Assembly (NCBI GenBank): GCA_964599815.1
Contig: CAZRHK010000002.1
Span: 3,112-67,111, forward strand
Direction of reading: 5' to 3'
Length of the DNA stretch: 64,000 nt
Source of the DNA: an uncultured Bifidobacterium sp.
GTDB lineage: Bacteria > Actinomycetota > Acidimicrobiia > Acidimicrobiales > Ilumatobacteraceae
This document shows positions 48,313 through 56,912 of the stretch, piece by piece (position 1 is the stretch's first letter; each line of letters begins with the position of its first letter). The notes below the pieces were generated by a model. It saw nothing but the letters and a program-made list of their open reading frames with translations. It did no database searches and was not told the origin of the DNA. Made by a program: the position numbers and the translations under genes.

Positions 48313-49169
48313 TCGTTTGGCTTAACTCGAATGAGTCCTTCTTGCACCACCGTGACGGCGAGCTGTCCGTCTTTGGTGTAAATGGAACCACCAGCGAGTC
48401 CGCGAGAGTTTGATGTAGACAACGCAACCTGGTCGTACAACAACCAATCATCGGCGCGGAAGGGGCGATGGAACCACATGGCATGGTCGAGGCTGGCCAT
48501 TTGAACGCCGCCTTCATTCCAGCCAAGACCATGGGGGAGGAGTGTTGTATCAAGAAGTGTCATATCGCTTGCGTATGTGACGATGCATGCGTGCAATACA
48601 GGGTCTGCGGGAAGAGTTCCATCTGCGCGAAGCCACACTTGCTGACCAGAAGATTCAACACCTTGACGTTCGAATGGTGATCCGTTCACATATCGCAGAT
48701 CAATAGGGCGGGGTCGGTGATACCAGTCGCCCATTTGTTCTTTAAACGGTGCCATGCGAGTCTTGAAGTCTGGCAGTGTTTCAGGATCTGCCATGTTCGC
48801 TGGCGATGCAATTTGCCATTCCAATCCAGCTTCAGGTTCATGGAAACTTGCTTGAAGGTTGAAGATGACTTCACCGTGTTGAATTGCAATAACACGTCGC
48901 GTTGTAAAGCTGCGACCGTCGCGGAGTCGGTCTACTTCGTACAGAATTGGAGCTGTTGGGTCGCCTGGTCGAAGGAAGTATGCGTGCAACGAATGCACGT
49001 AGCGCGACTTCTCGTCGACGGTACGTGAAGCTGCAACAAGGGATTGCCCTGCCACTTGACCACCAAAGACTCGAACACGGTTTTCTTCGGGCGAATGGCC
49101 ACGGAAAATATTGACTTCAATGACCTCTAGATCAAGCAGCGTGACGAGGTCGTCAAGGGGACTAGTCAT
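48309..49169 (-). CDS. tesB: Acyl-CoA thioesterase II
   Basis: 'LLDLEVIEVNIFRG', double hot-dog layout, 'SLHAYFLRPGD' and 'SLDHAMWFH'. Confidence 0.9.
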   Translation of the reverse strand: MTSPLDDLVTLLDLEVIEVNIFRGHSPEENRVRVFGGQVAGQSLVAASRTVDEKSRYVHSLHAYFLRPGDPTAPILYEVDRLRDGRSFTTRRVIAIQHGEVIFNLQASFHEPEAGLEWQIASPANMADPETLPDFKTRMAPFKEQMGDWYHRPRPIDLRYVNGSPFERQGVESSGQQVWLRADGTLPADPVLHACIVTYASDMTLLDTTLLPHGLGWNEGGVQMASLDHAMWFHRPFRADDWLLYDQVALSTSNSRGLAGGSIYTKDGQLAVTVVQEGLIRVKPNE

Positions 49170-49191
49170 GGCCCCATAGTAGGGTCGAAAT

Positions 49192-49851
49192 ATGCCACTT
49201 CTTCCTCTAGATGCCGATCAATTATTGACGACCACCAGGGCAGTACGAAAGCGTCTGGACTTCACACGTCCAGTTGACGATCAACTTATTCGCGAATGTG
49301 TGGAAGTGGCCATGCAATCGCCGTCTGGATCAAACAACATGACTATGCAATTCGTGATTGTGAAAGACGAGGCGAAGAGAAAGGCGATTGGGGAGATTTA
49401 TCGCCAGTGTTATGAGATCTACCGCTCGCTTGATGGCGTGTATATCGGGTCAATTGACAAGGGTGGCGAGGATGAGAATCGTCAACAGAAACGATCTGCT
49501 GATTCAGCTGACTATTTGGCAGACCACATGGGCGATGCTCCGGCGCTGGTGATTGCGTGCAACCGAGGAAGCCGTGTGGAAGGCGCACCCGCGATGATGA
49601 CGGCATCCATGATGGGAAATGTTTTGCCGGCCATGTGGAGTTTTATGCTCGCTGCACGAGCACGCGGTTTGGGAACTGCGTGGACAACTGTTCATCTCAT
49701 GATGGAACAACAAGTTGCAGACATTCTGGGAATTCCTTTTGACTCTGTGCAGCAGGCGTGTTTGTCGCCGTTAGCGCACACCCTGGGTACCAACTTCTCG
49801 CCTGCAACTCGGCCACCAGCCGACAGCATCATTCACTGGGATGCATGGTGA
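49192..49851 (+). CDS. Nitroreductase-family protein
   Basis: 'TRAVRKRLD...PV', 'APSGSNNM'-type motif (QSPSGSNNMT) and 'ARARGLGTAWTT'. Confidence 0.75.
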   Translation: MPLLPLDADQLLTTTRAVRKRLDFTRPVDDQLIRECVEVAMQSPSGSNNMTMQFVIVKDEAKRKAIGEIYRQCYEIYRSLDGVYIGSIDKGGEDENRQQKRSADSADYLADHMGDAPALVIACNRGSRVEGAPAMMTASMMGNVLPAMWSFMLAARARGLGTAWTTVHLMMEQQVADILGIPFDSVQQACLSPLAHTLGTNFSPATRPPADSIIHWDAW

Positions 49852-50480
49852 TGTTGAATAAACATTTGCGTGCTCACGCACTTGCCGCGAGAGGCTTCAT
49901 GCCCGAAGACGAGGGTGATGCTTTGTACGTGGCGGCCGTTGATGCCGCTCAACATTGCGACGGTCCGTTTTTGGAAGTTGGTTCATATTGCGGGCGATCA
50001 ACAGTGTGGCTGGGTGGTGCGGCGCAAGATGCTCGTCGAACACTGTTTGCCGTTGACCATCACATGGGAAGCGAAGAAAATCAGCCGGGTTGGGAATGGC
50101 ATGAACCAGATTTAGTAGATGTGCGCACGGGTCGAATGGACACATTGCCGCATTTTCGCGCCACCATTATCGATGCCGGTCTCACAGAAACTGTTGTCAC
50201 CGTGGTGGGGGATTCTGGTGTAGTTGCCAAGAGTTGGACAACACCGCTTGCTTTTCTCTTTATTGATGGCGGTCATGGTGTGGAACCTGCAACGCGTGAT
50301 TACGAACTATGGACGCCACATGTTGCGCCTGGGGGCACCTTGGCAATTCATGATGTGTTTCCAAACCCTGCAGATGGTGGTCGTCCACCGTACGAGAACA
50401 TCTACTTGCCTGCAGTAAATAGCGGTCGCTTTGAAGAAATAGGTGTTCAGGGTTCATTGCGCATTTTGCGCAGGGTGTAA
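49845..50480 (+). CDS. Class I SAM-dependent methyltransferase (Methyltransf_24 / cation-dependent O-MT-like)
   Basis: 'FLEVGSYCGRST' (motif I, GxG-like), 'LFAVDHH' and 'FLFIDGGHG'. Overlaps the nitroreductase stop. An ATG at 49851 is an equally possible start. Confidence 0.7.
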   Translation: MVMLNKHLRAHALAARGFMPEDEGDALYVAAVDAAQHCDGPFLEVGSYCGRSTVWLGGAAQDARRTLFAVDHHMGSEENQPGWEWHEPDLVDVRTGRMDTLPHFRATIIDAGLTETVVTVVGDSGVVAKSWTTPLAFLFIDGGHGVEPATRDYELWTPHVAPGGTLAIHDVFPNPADGGRPPYENIYLPAVNSGRFEEIGVQGSLRILRRV

Positions 50481-50483
50481 CTG

Positions 50484-51557
50484 TTACAACGAACGAACGT
50501 GCAGGTGTGCGTTCTTGCGTGGCATTGGCTGTGTAAACAACGTTGCCGCAGGTGAGCCACCACTGATTGCATCGGCAGCCATGATGATGGCAGCAGCGGT
50601 GTAAGCGCTGTACTCGTCTGCAGGGAAGTGCACCATGGTCTTGTCTGGGTCGCTTGGATACACAATTCCGGTCCAGTACGCACCGTCATCTCGGCGGTGG
50701 GGCATGGTCCACAACAACAATTCACGCGCTGTGTCTCTGTCGCCGGCGGCGCAATGAGCAATGGCGCATTCGCTAGTTTCTGCTGCCGTCACCCATTGTT
50801 CGTCGTTCACACAACGCACACCGCGATCTTCAAGAACGAATGCATCCCAACTCTCGGCCAGGCGAGCCTTTGCTCGCATGCCAGTCATAGCACCAGTAAG
50901 CACTGGGTAGTACCAGTCCATGGCCCATCGCTCTTTTGGCTCGAACGCGGTGAGATCGGTGAGGATGATGCGGTCTATTGCATCTGCTGCTTCGGTGTAC
51001 TGGGGGTGTGGGTCACCAACAAGATCACCAAGCGCAGCTCCGCAATGCAATGCGTGACGAATAGATGAGCAGCCGGTGAGAAGTGAGTAGTCCCATGGCT
51101 TGTCGTTAACTTCGCGAGCCCACAAGATGGTGCCATCGTGTCGACGCATGTTCATCACCCAGTTGAGGGCTTTGCGAACAGTGGGCCACAGTGCCGTGAC
51201 CGCAGCAGTGTCTCGTGTGCACAACCAATGGGCCCACACACCAACTGCAATGTATGCGGTGACATTGGTATCTAGTTTGTGATCTTCAATTGAGCCGTCA
51301 GGCATGTAGTAGTTGAACCACCAACCGTCTGCATCTTGATTGTCGGCTAACCATTTGTATGCAGCCAGTGCGCCGTCGTGGCGTCCCATGATGTCGAGCG
51401 CGATTGCGGTCTCAACGTGATTCCACGGGTCGCAATGACCGTTTGGATACCAGGGAATCATTCCGTTCGACAATTGCAATGCCTGAATGGAATCGGCGGT
51501 GCGCTGCAAGTCTGCAGTAGTGAGAATGCCAGGGAGATGGGGAAGGGAATGCGTCAC
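50484..51557 (-). CDS. Prenyltransferase/squalene-oxidase-repeat ((alpha/alpha)-toroid) protein
   Basis: Repeated QW-like 'DG-x-W' units: 'SNGMIPWY', 'NQDADGWWFNY', 'RRHDGTILWA', 'RRDDGAYWTG'. I saw no Asp-rich DDxxD or DxDD motif. Confidence 0.65.
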   Translation of the reverse strand: MTHSLPHLPGILTTADLQRTADSIQALQLSNGMIPWYPNGHCDPWNHVETAIALDIMGRHDGALAAYKWLADNQDADGWWFNYYMPDGSIEDHKLDTNVTAYIAVGVWAHWLCTRDTAAVTALWPTVRKALNWVMNMRRHDGTILWAREVNDKPWDYSLLTGCSSIRHALHCGAALGDLVGDPHPQYTEAADAIDRIILTDLTAFEPKERWAMDWYYPVLTGAMTGMRAKARLAESWDAFVLEDRGVRCVNDEQWVTAAETSECAIAHCAAGDRDTARELLLWTMPHRRDDGAYWTGIVYPSDPDKTMVHFPADEYSAYTAAAIIMAADAISGGSPAATLFTQPMPRKNAHLHVRSL

Positions 51558-51559
51558 TT

Positions 51560-52279
51560 CTATTTCATTTTCTGTGAATAGACAATGAAGCTCTTGCCCA
51601 TCACTGGGCTGAGAACTCGTTCAGCAACACGAGTTGCAGTGGGGCCTTCAATGATGTCCCACTCCAAAAACTTTCGGTACTTGGTGACCAATGGGTGATC
51701 GTTCTTTGTTGGTCCGACTGCGCACTTCAACCACCAATACGGAGAATGCAATGCATGTGCGTGGTGACTTCCGCGTACTTCAAAACCAGCGGAGCGAAGT
51801 TTGGCCTTTAATTCGGTTGCGGAATAGATGCGAACGTGTCCACCAACGCTCTTTGGCGCATGGTATTCATCGGACAGCATCCAGTTAATTTTCTCTGGCC
51901 ACCACGTAGGAACGGTGACGCCCAATGTGCCGCCCGGCTTGAGGACACGGTGAAGTTCAGCGATTGCAGCAACATCGTTCTGAATGTGTTCAAGAACTTC
52001 AGACGTCACCACGCAATCAAATGTGTTGTCTGGGAAGGGCAGTCGTGTTGCATCCCCACGCAGTACTCCACCAAAGTTGGCGGCAGGAATTTCTTGTTCT
52101 TGAATCATCCCGCCGAACATGGCGCGAGTTCCCACTACTTCATCTTGCGCCCAGTCAAGTGCATACACAGTGGCGCCTTGGCGAGCAGCCTCGTATGCAT
52201 GTCGTCCGAAGCCTGCACCGGCATCTAAGAACATGTGGCCCGGCTTGAGACCAAGTTTGTTGAAACGGATTGTGAGCAT
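51560..52279 (-). CDS. Class I SAM-dependent methyltransferase (Methyltransf_11 type)
   Basis: 'FLDAGAGFGRH' motif I, 'VYALD', 'FDCVVTSEVLEHI' and 'LKPGGTL'. Confidence 0.85.
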   Translation of the reverse strand: MLTIRFNKLGLKPGHMFLDAGAGFGRHAYEAARQGATVYALDWAQDEVVGTRAMFGGMIQEQEIPAANFGGVLRGDATRLPFPDNTFDCVVTSEVLEHIQNDVAAIAELHRVLKPGGTLGVTVPTWWPEKINWMLSDEYHAPKSVGGHVRIYSATELKAKLRSAGFEVRGSHHAHALHSPYWWLKCAVGPTKNDHPLVTKYRKFLEWDIIEGPTATRVAERVLSPVMGKSFIVYSQKMK

Positions 52280-52280
52280 G

Positions 52281-53570
52281 TCAGCCTCGTTTTGCCAGTT
52301 TTGCTTTGTTGTGCGGCATCTCTAGGACTTCGCGATATTGATCAACGGTGAGTTCTGCACAATGGCGCCAACTCCAGCGTGACACCACGCGCTCACGACC
52401 TGCCAGACCTACGCGCTGACGCAGTTCGGCATCGTCAAGTCCGCGACGCAACGTTGCAGCAAGTGCGTCTGCGTTTCCAGCGGGGCACTGCAAAACAGTT
52501 TCGCCATCGGTGCCTGTTACTTCTGGAAGTGCACCACCGTCGGTGGCTACCAAACAGATTCCAGTGCTCATAGCTTCAATTGCGGGAAGGCTGAATCCTT
52601 CATAGAGGCTGGGAACAACTGCTAGTTCTGCTTCGGCATACAGTTCAACAATTCGCTCGTCGGGTACGCCTGAAACAAAATCGATGTATGGCTTTAATCC
52701 GAGCGATTCAATGAGATCCATGCTGTGGCCTGGTCGGGGCTTACCAATGATGGTGAGTCGAATATCGCGCTCGGTACGCAACTTTGCCATTGCCTCAAGC
52801 AGGTATGACAACCCTTTCAAAGCAACGTCTGCCGATGCTGTAGTAATAAGGCGACCTGGCTGACGAGAAACTTGTGGAAGTGGCTTAAACAATTCTGGGT
52901 CTACACCAACAGGCACAAGTCGCATGCGGTCACGAGAAACACCCATGTCTGTGTGAATGTCGTTAATGCTGTTCTCGGACACCACAACAATGCGTGGCAT
53001 CTTGCTTGCAACTTTTCCTTGCATGTCAACAAACGAGTACCAACGCTTTAAGGCCCGACGTTTACGTCGAGTGGGAGCATGGCTCATCTCAAGTTCACGG
53101 TCTTTAGTGATGGGGTGATGCAACGTGACAATGGTGGGGATGATTTTTTCAATCTTCAAAATGTCCCACCCGAGACATTGATTGTCATGCACAAGATGGA
53201 AGTCATTAACGCGAGTCTTTAGCTCGCGGTATGCGCGCTTTGAAAATGCGAGCGGTTCAGAGAATTGACCTTTTACGAAGTGAGCAGTCTCAACAAAGTC
53301 TGGCCATGATTTGATTTCCCAATAACCAGGGAGTCGACCGGGGTACTGGTCGTTCCACACATCGAGACTTGGCAACTTGTGCATTGTGATGCGATCGTCA
53401 AGAACGGGATATGGCTGGCCGCCAAATACTTCAACACTGTGGCCAAGATCGACGAGAGCTTTGGTGAGATGTCGTGTGTACACACCTTGGCCACCAACAT
53501 GTGGCTTCCCGCGATACGTGAGGTAGGCCAAACTCAGTGGGCCATTGGGGTCGTACGCAGCACCTGACAT
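52281..53570 (-). CDS. Glycosyltransferase family 4 (GT-B, group 1)
   Basis: N-terminal 'HVGGQGVYTRHLTKALVDLGHSV' and the C-terminal 'EGFSLPAIEAMSTGICLVATDGGALPEV' E-x7-E region. Confidence 0.9.
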   Translation of the reverse strand: MSGAAYDPNGPLSLAYLTYRGKPHVGGQGVYTRHLTKALVDLGHSVEVFGGQPYPVLDDRITMHKLPSLDVWNDQYPGRLPGYWEIKSWPDFVETAHFVKGQFSEPLAFSKRAYRELKTRVNDFHLVHDNQCLGWDILKIEKIIPTIVTLHHPITKDRELEMSHAPTRRKRRALKRWYSFVDMQGKVASKMPRIVVVSENSINDIHTDMGVSRDRMRLVPVGVDPELFKPLPQVSRQPGRLITTASADVALKGLSYLLEAMAKLRTERDIRLTIIGKPRPGHSMDLIESLGLKPYIDFVSGVPDERIVELYAEAELAVVPSLYEGFSLPAIEAMSTGICLVATDGGALPEVTGTDGETVLQCPAGNADALAATLRRGLDDAELRQRVGLAGRERVVSRWSWRHCAELTVDQYREVLEMPHNKAKLAKRG

Positions 53571-53582
53571 AGGTCTGTCAGG

Positions 53583-55019
53583 CTAACTGGCACCCCGTGG
53601 AATGGCTCGGTAGCGACGCTGAAGAAGCACAATGGCCCACACCAACAACAGCACGATATAGAACGCATTCCCTAGCAACGAATACGGCGTTCGGCCTGTT
53701 CGAAGGGAAATAGTGCGTTCAATCACTTGGGATTCGCTGATGGCAGTTCGGTCGAACACGTTTCCATTGGGGTCAATGAACGCACTAAACCCGGTGGGAG
53801 CAGCCTGCACAACCCATCTGCGTTGTTCGCGAGCACGCAATCGTGACGATGCCACTTGTTGTGTTTGAAGGATTGTCCATGTGTAGCTGGAACCATTGGT
53901 GGGGTTAATGACGAACGTTGCGCCGTCCTCTACACCTTCGTTTACACGTCCGCCGAAGAAAATTTCCCACGAGATAGCAACCGCTGCTCGTTCGTCGCCA
54001 ATGTCTATCCAACCGCGAGCATCTCCTGCGCGTGCATCGCGTGGAACAAGGTGAGTTGGTGCGCCAACGGCAGACAGAAAAGATCTCATTGGCATGTATT
54101 CACCGAACGGCACTCGACGAACTTTGTCGTACCGCGACGTAATTCCAAGCTGTGGGTCAATGACAACTTGTGCGTTAGTAAAAGCGTCTTCGCCTGCATC
54201 TTCCGTGATGCCAACCACAAATGGAACATTGAGCCGCTTTGCTTCTGTACGGAGTTCTTGATATTCAACGCTGTCAACAAATAATCCAGTGGCAGAAACA
54301 TTGATGACGTTCTCTGGCCACACAACTGCACTTCTCGTTCCTGATGGCGTGAGTGTTCGCGTCAGCGATAAGTGCTTTAAAAAGACTTCACGCGGATTGG
54401 TGTCTACAGCGTGCGTCCCCTGCTCGCCGCCTCCTTGTATGACGGCAAGTTGAAGTGTGCGACCAGTGGATGTTGTGCCGTCCCAAACATTTGCCACACC
54501 AACAAGAACAAGGGACAGAAGTAGTGCGCGGAATTTCCGTTGGGAAAATCCAATCCATAGAACAACCACAGAAATCCCAATGACGCCGGACCATGTCACA
54601 AGTGATGCAAACGGACTTGACGCATGAGCAATTCCCAAAGTTGCTAGCGGAACGCCGCCGAATGGCCAGGAGAGTCGAACGGCCTCTGCGAGTGCATGAA
54701 AAGCAATGAGAGCGCCAGTGTGCTGTTTCTCATTGGGGAAAGATGATGCGAGTTTTGCCGCTATTCCGTGGAATGTTGCGAATAGGGCAACCGCAATAAT
54801 GAAGCCTGGTGCAGTGAGAAACCACATCCACGCCATGCCCGGTAGAAACCAACCAACCGCAAAAACAGTTCCAGTAACAAATGGCTTGGACGTACGACGC
54901 TGGCGTGCGAGTGATGCGTACCACGCGAGACCAATGAAACTCAATGGCCACCAACCCCATGGTGGCAGAGAAGCGGCAACGAGTGTGCCTGCAGCAAGAG
55001 GGGAGAGATGTCGACGCAT
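53583..55019 (-). CDS. lnt: Apolipoprotein N-acyltransferase (Lnt)-family CN-hydrolase membrane protein with Ser in the catalytic Cys position
   Basis: Multi-TM N-domain plus a CN-hydrolase domain. 'VVWPENV' (Glu) and 'YDKVRRVPFGEYMP' (Lys) are present. 'AISWEIFFG' sits where E. coli Lnt has ICYEIIFG. The Ser codon TCG is at 53970-53972. Confidence 0.8.
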   Translation of the reverse strand: MRRHLSPLAAGTLVAASLPPWGWWPLSFIGLAWYASLARQRRTSKPFVTGTVFAVGWFLPGMAWMWFLTAPGFIIAVALFATFHGIAAKLASSFPNEKQHTGALIAFHALAEAVRLSWPFGGVPLATLGIAHASSPFASLVTWSGVIGISVVVLWIGFSQRKFRALLLSLVLVGVANVWDGTTSTGRTLQLAVIQGGGEQGTHAVDTNPREVFLKHLSLTRTLTPSGTRSAVVWPENVINVSATGLFVDSVEYQELRTEAKRLNVPFVVGITEDAGEDAFTNAQVVIDPQLGITSRYDKVRRVPFGEYMPMRSFLSAVGAPTHLVPRDARAGDARGWIDIGDERAAVAISWEIFFGGRVNEGVEDGATFVINPTNGSSYTWTILQTQQVASSRLRAREQRRWVVQAAPTGFSAFIDPNGNVFDRTAISESQVIERTISLRTGRTPYSLLGNAFYIVLLLVWAIVLLQRRYRAIPRGAS

Positions 55020-55507
55020 TAACGCACCAATGTGGCGCGCACGACGTATCGCATGCTGGTACTACCACGAGGGTGACACGTGAAGAGTGTGAGCATGGGT
55101 GTCGCTGTTGGTTCAACAATCCATACGGCAGTGGGTCGCACAACCAAGACTTTTGACACCTTGTACGTAAATGATTTACCTGGACGTGACACGGTGATGA
55201 GATCGCCCGGCTTCATTTTTTCAATGTTGTAGAACGGACGAAGTGCGGCTGTGCGATGACCGCCAAGGACCACATTGCCACGGGTGCCGGGCAGAGCTGT
55301 TCCAGGCCAGAACCCAACCCCTCGATCGAATTGTGTATCGGTAACGCCTTTGTAGATGGTGGCCTTCACTTTGAGACGGGGAATTGTGATGTGGCCAACC
55401 GTGATGAGAGTGTCGATTTGCGGAGCTTGTTCTGCGGCGGTGACGCGAGATGGCGTCAGCGGCAACACACTCAGTGCTGCTACTGCAAAAATCACCAATC
55501 GACGCAT
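55019..55507 (-). CDS. Sortase (transpeptidase) family protein
   Basis: N-terminal signal/anchor, 'GGHR' (His), 'TLFTCHP' (TLxTC Cys) and 'RYVV' (Arg). Start at the ATG at 55507, 4 nt after the hemY stop. Its stop overlaps the lnt-like start (TAATG). Confidence 0.85.
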   Translation of the reverse strand: MRRLVIFAVAALSVLPLTPSRVTAAEQAPQIDTLITVGHITIPRLKVKATIYKGVTDTQFDRGVGFWPGTALPGTRGNVVLGGHRTAALRPFYNIEKMKPGDLITVSRPGKSFTYKVSKVLVVRPTAVWIVEPTATPMLTLFTCHPRGSTSMRYVVRATLVR

Positions 55508-55511
55508 GTAC

Positions 55512-56912
55512 TTATTGTGACAGAGACGCAAGGTGCGAGATGATTGATTCGCCAGCAGATCGCGCTTGTTGAACGCATGCTGGGATTCCAATACCGCGAT
55601 AACTGGCTCCTGCGAAGAAGATTCCTCCCCCGTGGGAATTCACCGCGTTTTCAACTTCTGCGAGTTTGTCGAAATGGTGAGGGCGATACTGCGGGAAAGA
55701 TTCAGCCCATCGGCTTGTACGAACTTCGGTAGGAGTTAGGTCTGCATTGAGATGCAACTTCATGTCTGCCAACGCAAGATTCAAGAGTTGGTCGTTGTCG
55801 AAGTGCATTACGTCGAGGCCATCTCGGCCAAGGGAGACGCGCAGAATCATTGAGCCATCTGTAGGACGCCAATGCGCCCACTTGTTTGACCCGAACGATG
55901 CCGCTGTAACCCACCGTTGATCTGGTTTTGGAACGAGATATCCGCTTCCCGTGAGATGGGCAGGCCACTCATGTGCAGGAATTGCCATGGTGATGAGAAC
56001 TACTGACGCATGATCCCATTGTTGCAACAACGATGCAGCGTGTTTGTCTACTCCGCGAACAAATGTTGCACTCTTTCGTGCCGGAGATGCGATGGCAATG
56101 GCATCGCATGTCAGCGTGTGGCCACCTAGGGAGACTTGGTATCCGTGACCATGGCGCTCAATGTTTTCAACAGTGGCTGATGTGCGAATAGTTCCACCAA
56201 GAGCAACAACGCGCTCCGCCAAGGTCTCAATGAGTGCTCCCATACCGCGGAGAGGTGTGCCGAAAATTGGAGATGAAGATGCTGGGGAATTTGCAGCTGT
56301 TTTCCTTGCTGCTGCGGCAGCCAGCAACATGCTTCGTTCATTGGCGAGAGAGGCAATTTGTGGGACTGCGGCCAATGAAAAGTTGTCAGTATCTGCGGCG
56401 TAAATGCTGCCAACCAACGGGTCAACCAAACGTTCTTGAATCTCGCTTCCGAAGCGACGCCGAACATAGTGACCAATTGAATCTTTCGGTGTTGTCCTAG
56501 GAAGAAGTGGTTCAATTGCTGCGCGTAGTTTTCCGCGTGGCGAAATAAGTCGAGAGGTTGCAAACGAACGAATCTTTGCTGGCACGCCAAGCAGTAAGTC
56601 ACTTGGAATTGTGTGCATACCGTTATGCCATACGTAAGCATGCGCGCCAGTGGGTGACGTGAGAGCGGCACCCAAACCAAGTTCAGTCGCTAGTTGTGCA
56701 GCCCATGGCACGCGAGTGAGGAAAGCGTCTGCTGCTTCGTCGACTGCTGGTAATCCTGCAAATGGAGAGGTACGAATAATTCCGCCAACTGTTGGCTGCG
56801 ATTCCAAAACCGTGACCGATACCGGTTCAGGAGAATCAGCAAGAACCGTTAGTGCGGTGGTGAGCCCACTGATGCCACCACCAATGACAACCACATGACG
56901 GCTATGTGTCAC
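55512..56912 (-). CDS. hemY: Protoporphyrinogen/coproporphyrinogen III oxidase (HemY/CgoX)
   Basis: 'VVVIGGGISGL' FAD motif, about 466 aa, and 'GASYRGIGIPACV' at the C-terminal end. GTG start overlapping the hemH stop. Confidence 0.9.
   Translation of the reverse strand: MTHSRHVVVIGGGISGLTTALTVLADSPEPVSVTVLESQPTVGGIIRTSPFAGLPAVDEAADAFLTRVPWAAQLATELGLGAALTSPTGAHAYVWHNGMHTIPSDLLLGVPAKIRSFATSRLISPRGKLRAAIEPLLPRTTPKDSIGHYVRRRFGSEIQERLVDPLVGSIYAADTDNFSLAAVPQIASLANERSMLLAAAAARKTAANSPASSSPIFGTPLRGMGALIETLAERVVALGGTIRTSATVENIERHGHGYQVSLGGHTLTCDAIAIASPARKSATFVRGVDKHAASLLQQWDHASVVLITMAIPAHEWPAHLTGSGYLVPKPDQRWVTAASFGSNKWAHWRPTDGSMILRVSLGRDGLDVMHFDNDQLLNLALADMKLHLNADLTPTEVRTSRWAESFPQYRPHHFDKLAEVENAVNSHGGGIFFAGASYRGIGIPACVQQARSAGESIISHLASLSQ

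Noticed and set aside
50472-50484. The palindrome TGTAAC-T-GTTACA between the convergent methyltransferase and toroid genes, considered as a bidirectional terminator.
   Set aside because: It is formed by the two facing stop codons (TAA/TTA). A 1-nt loop cannot form a hairpin, and there is no T-tract.
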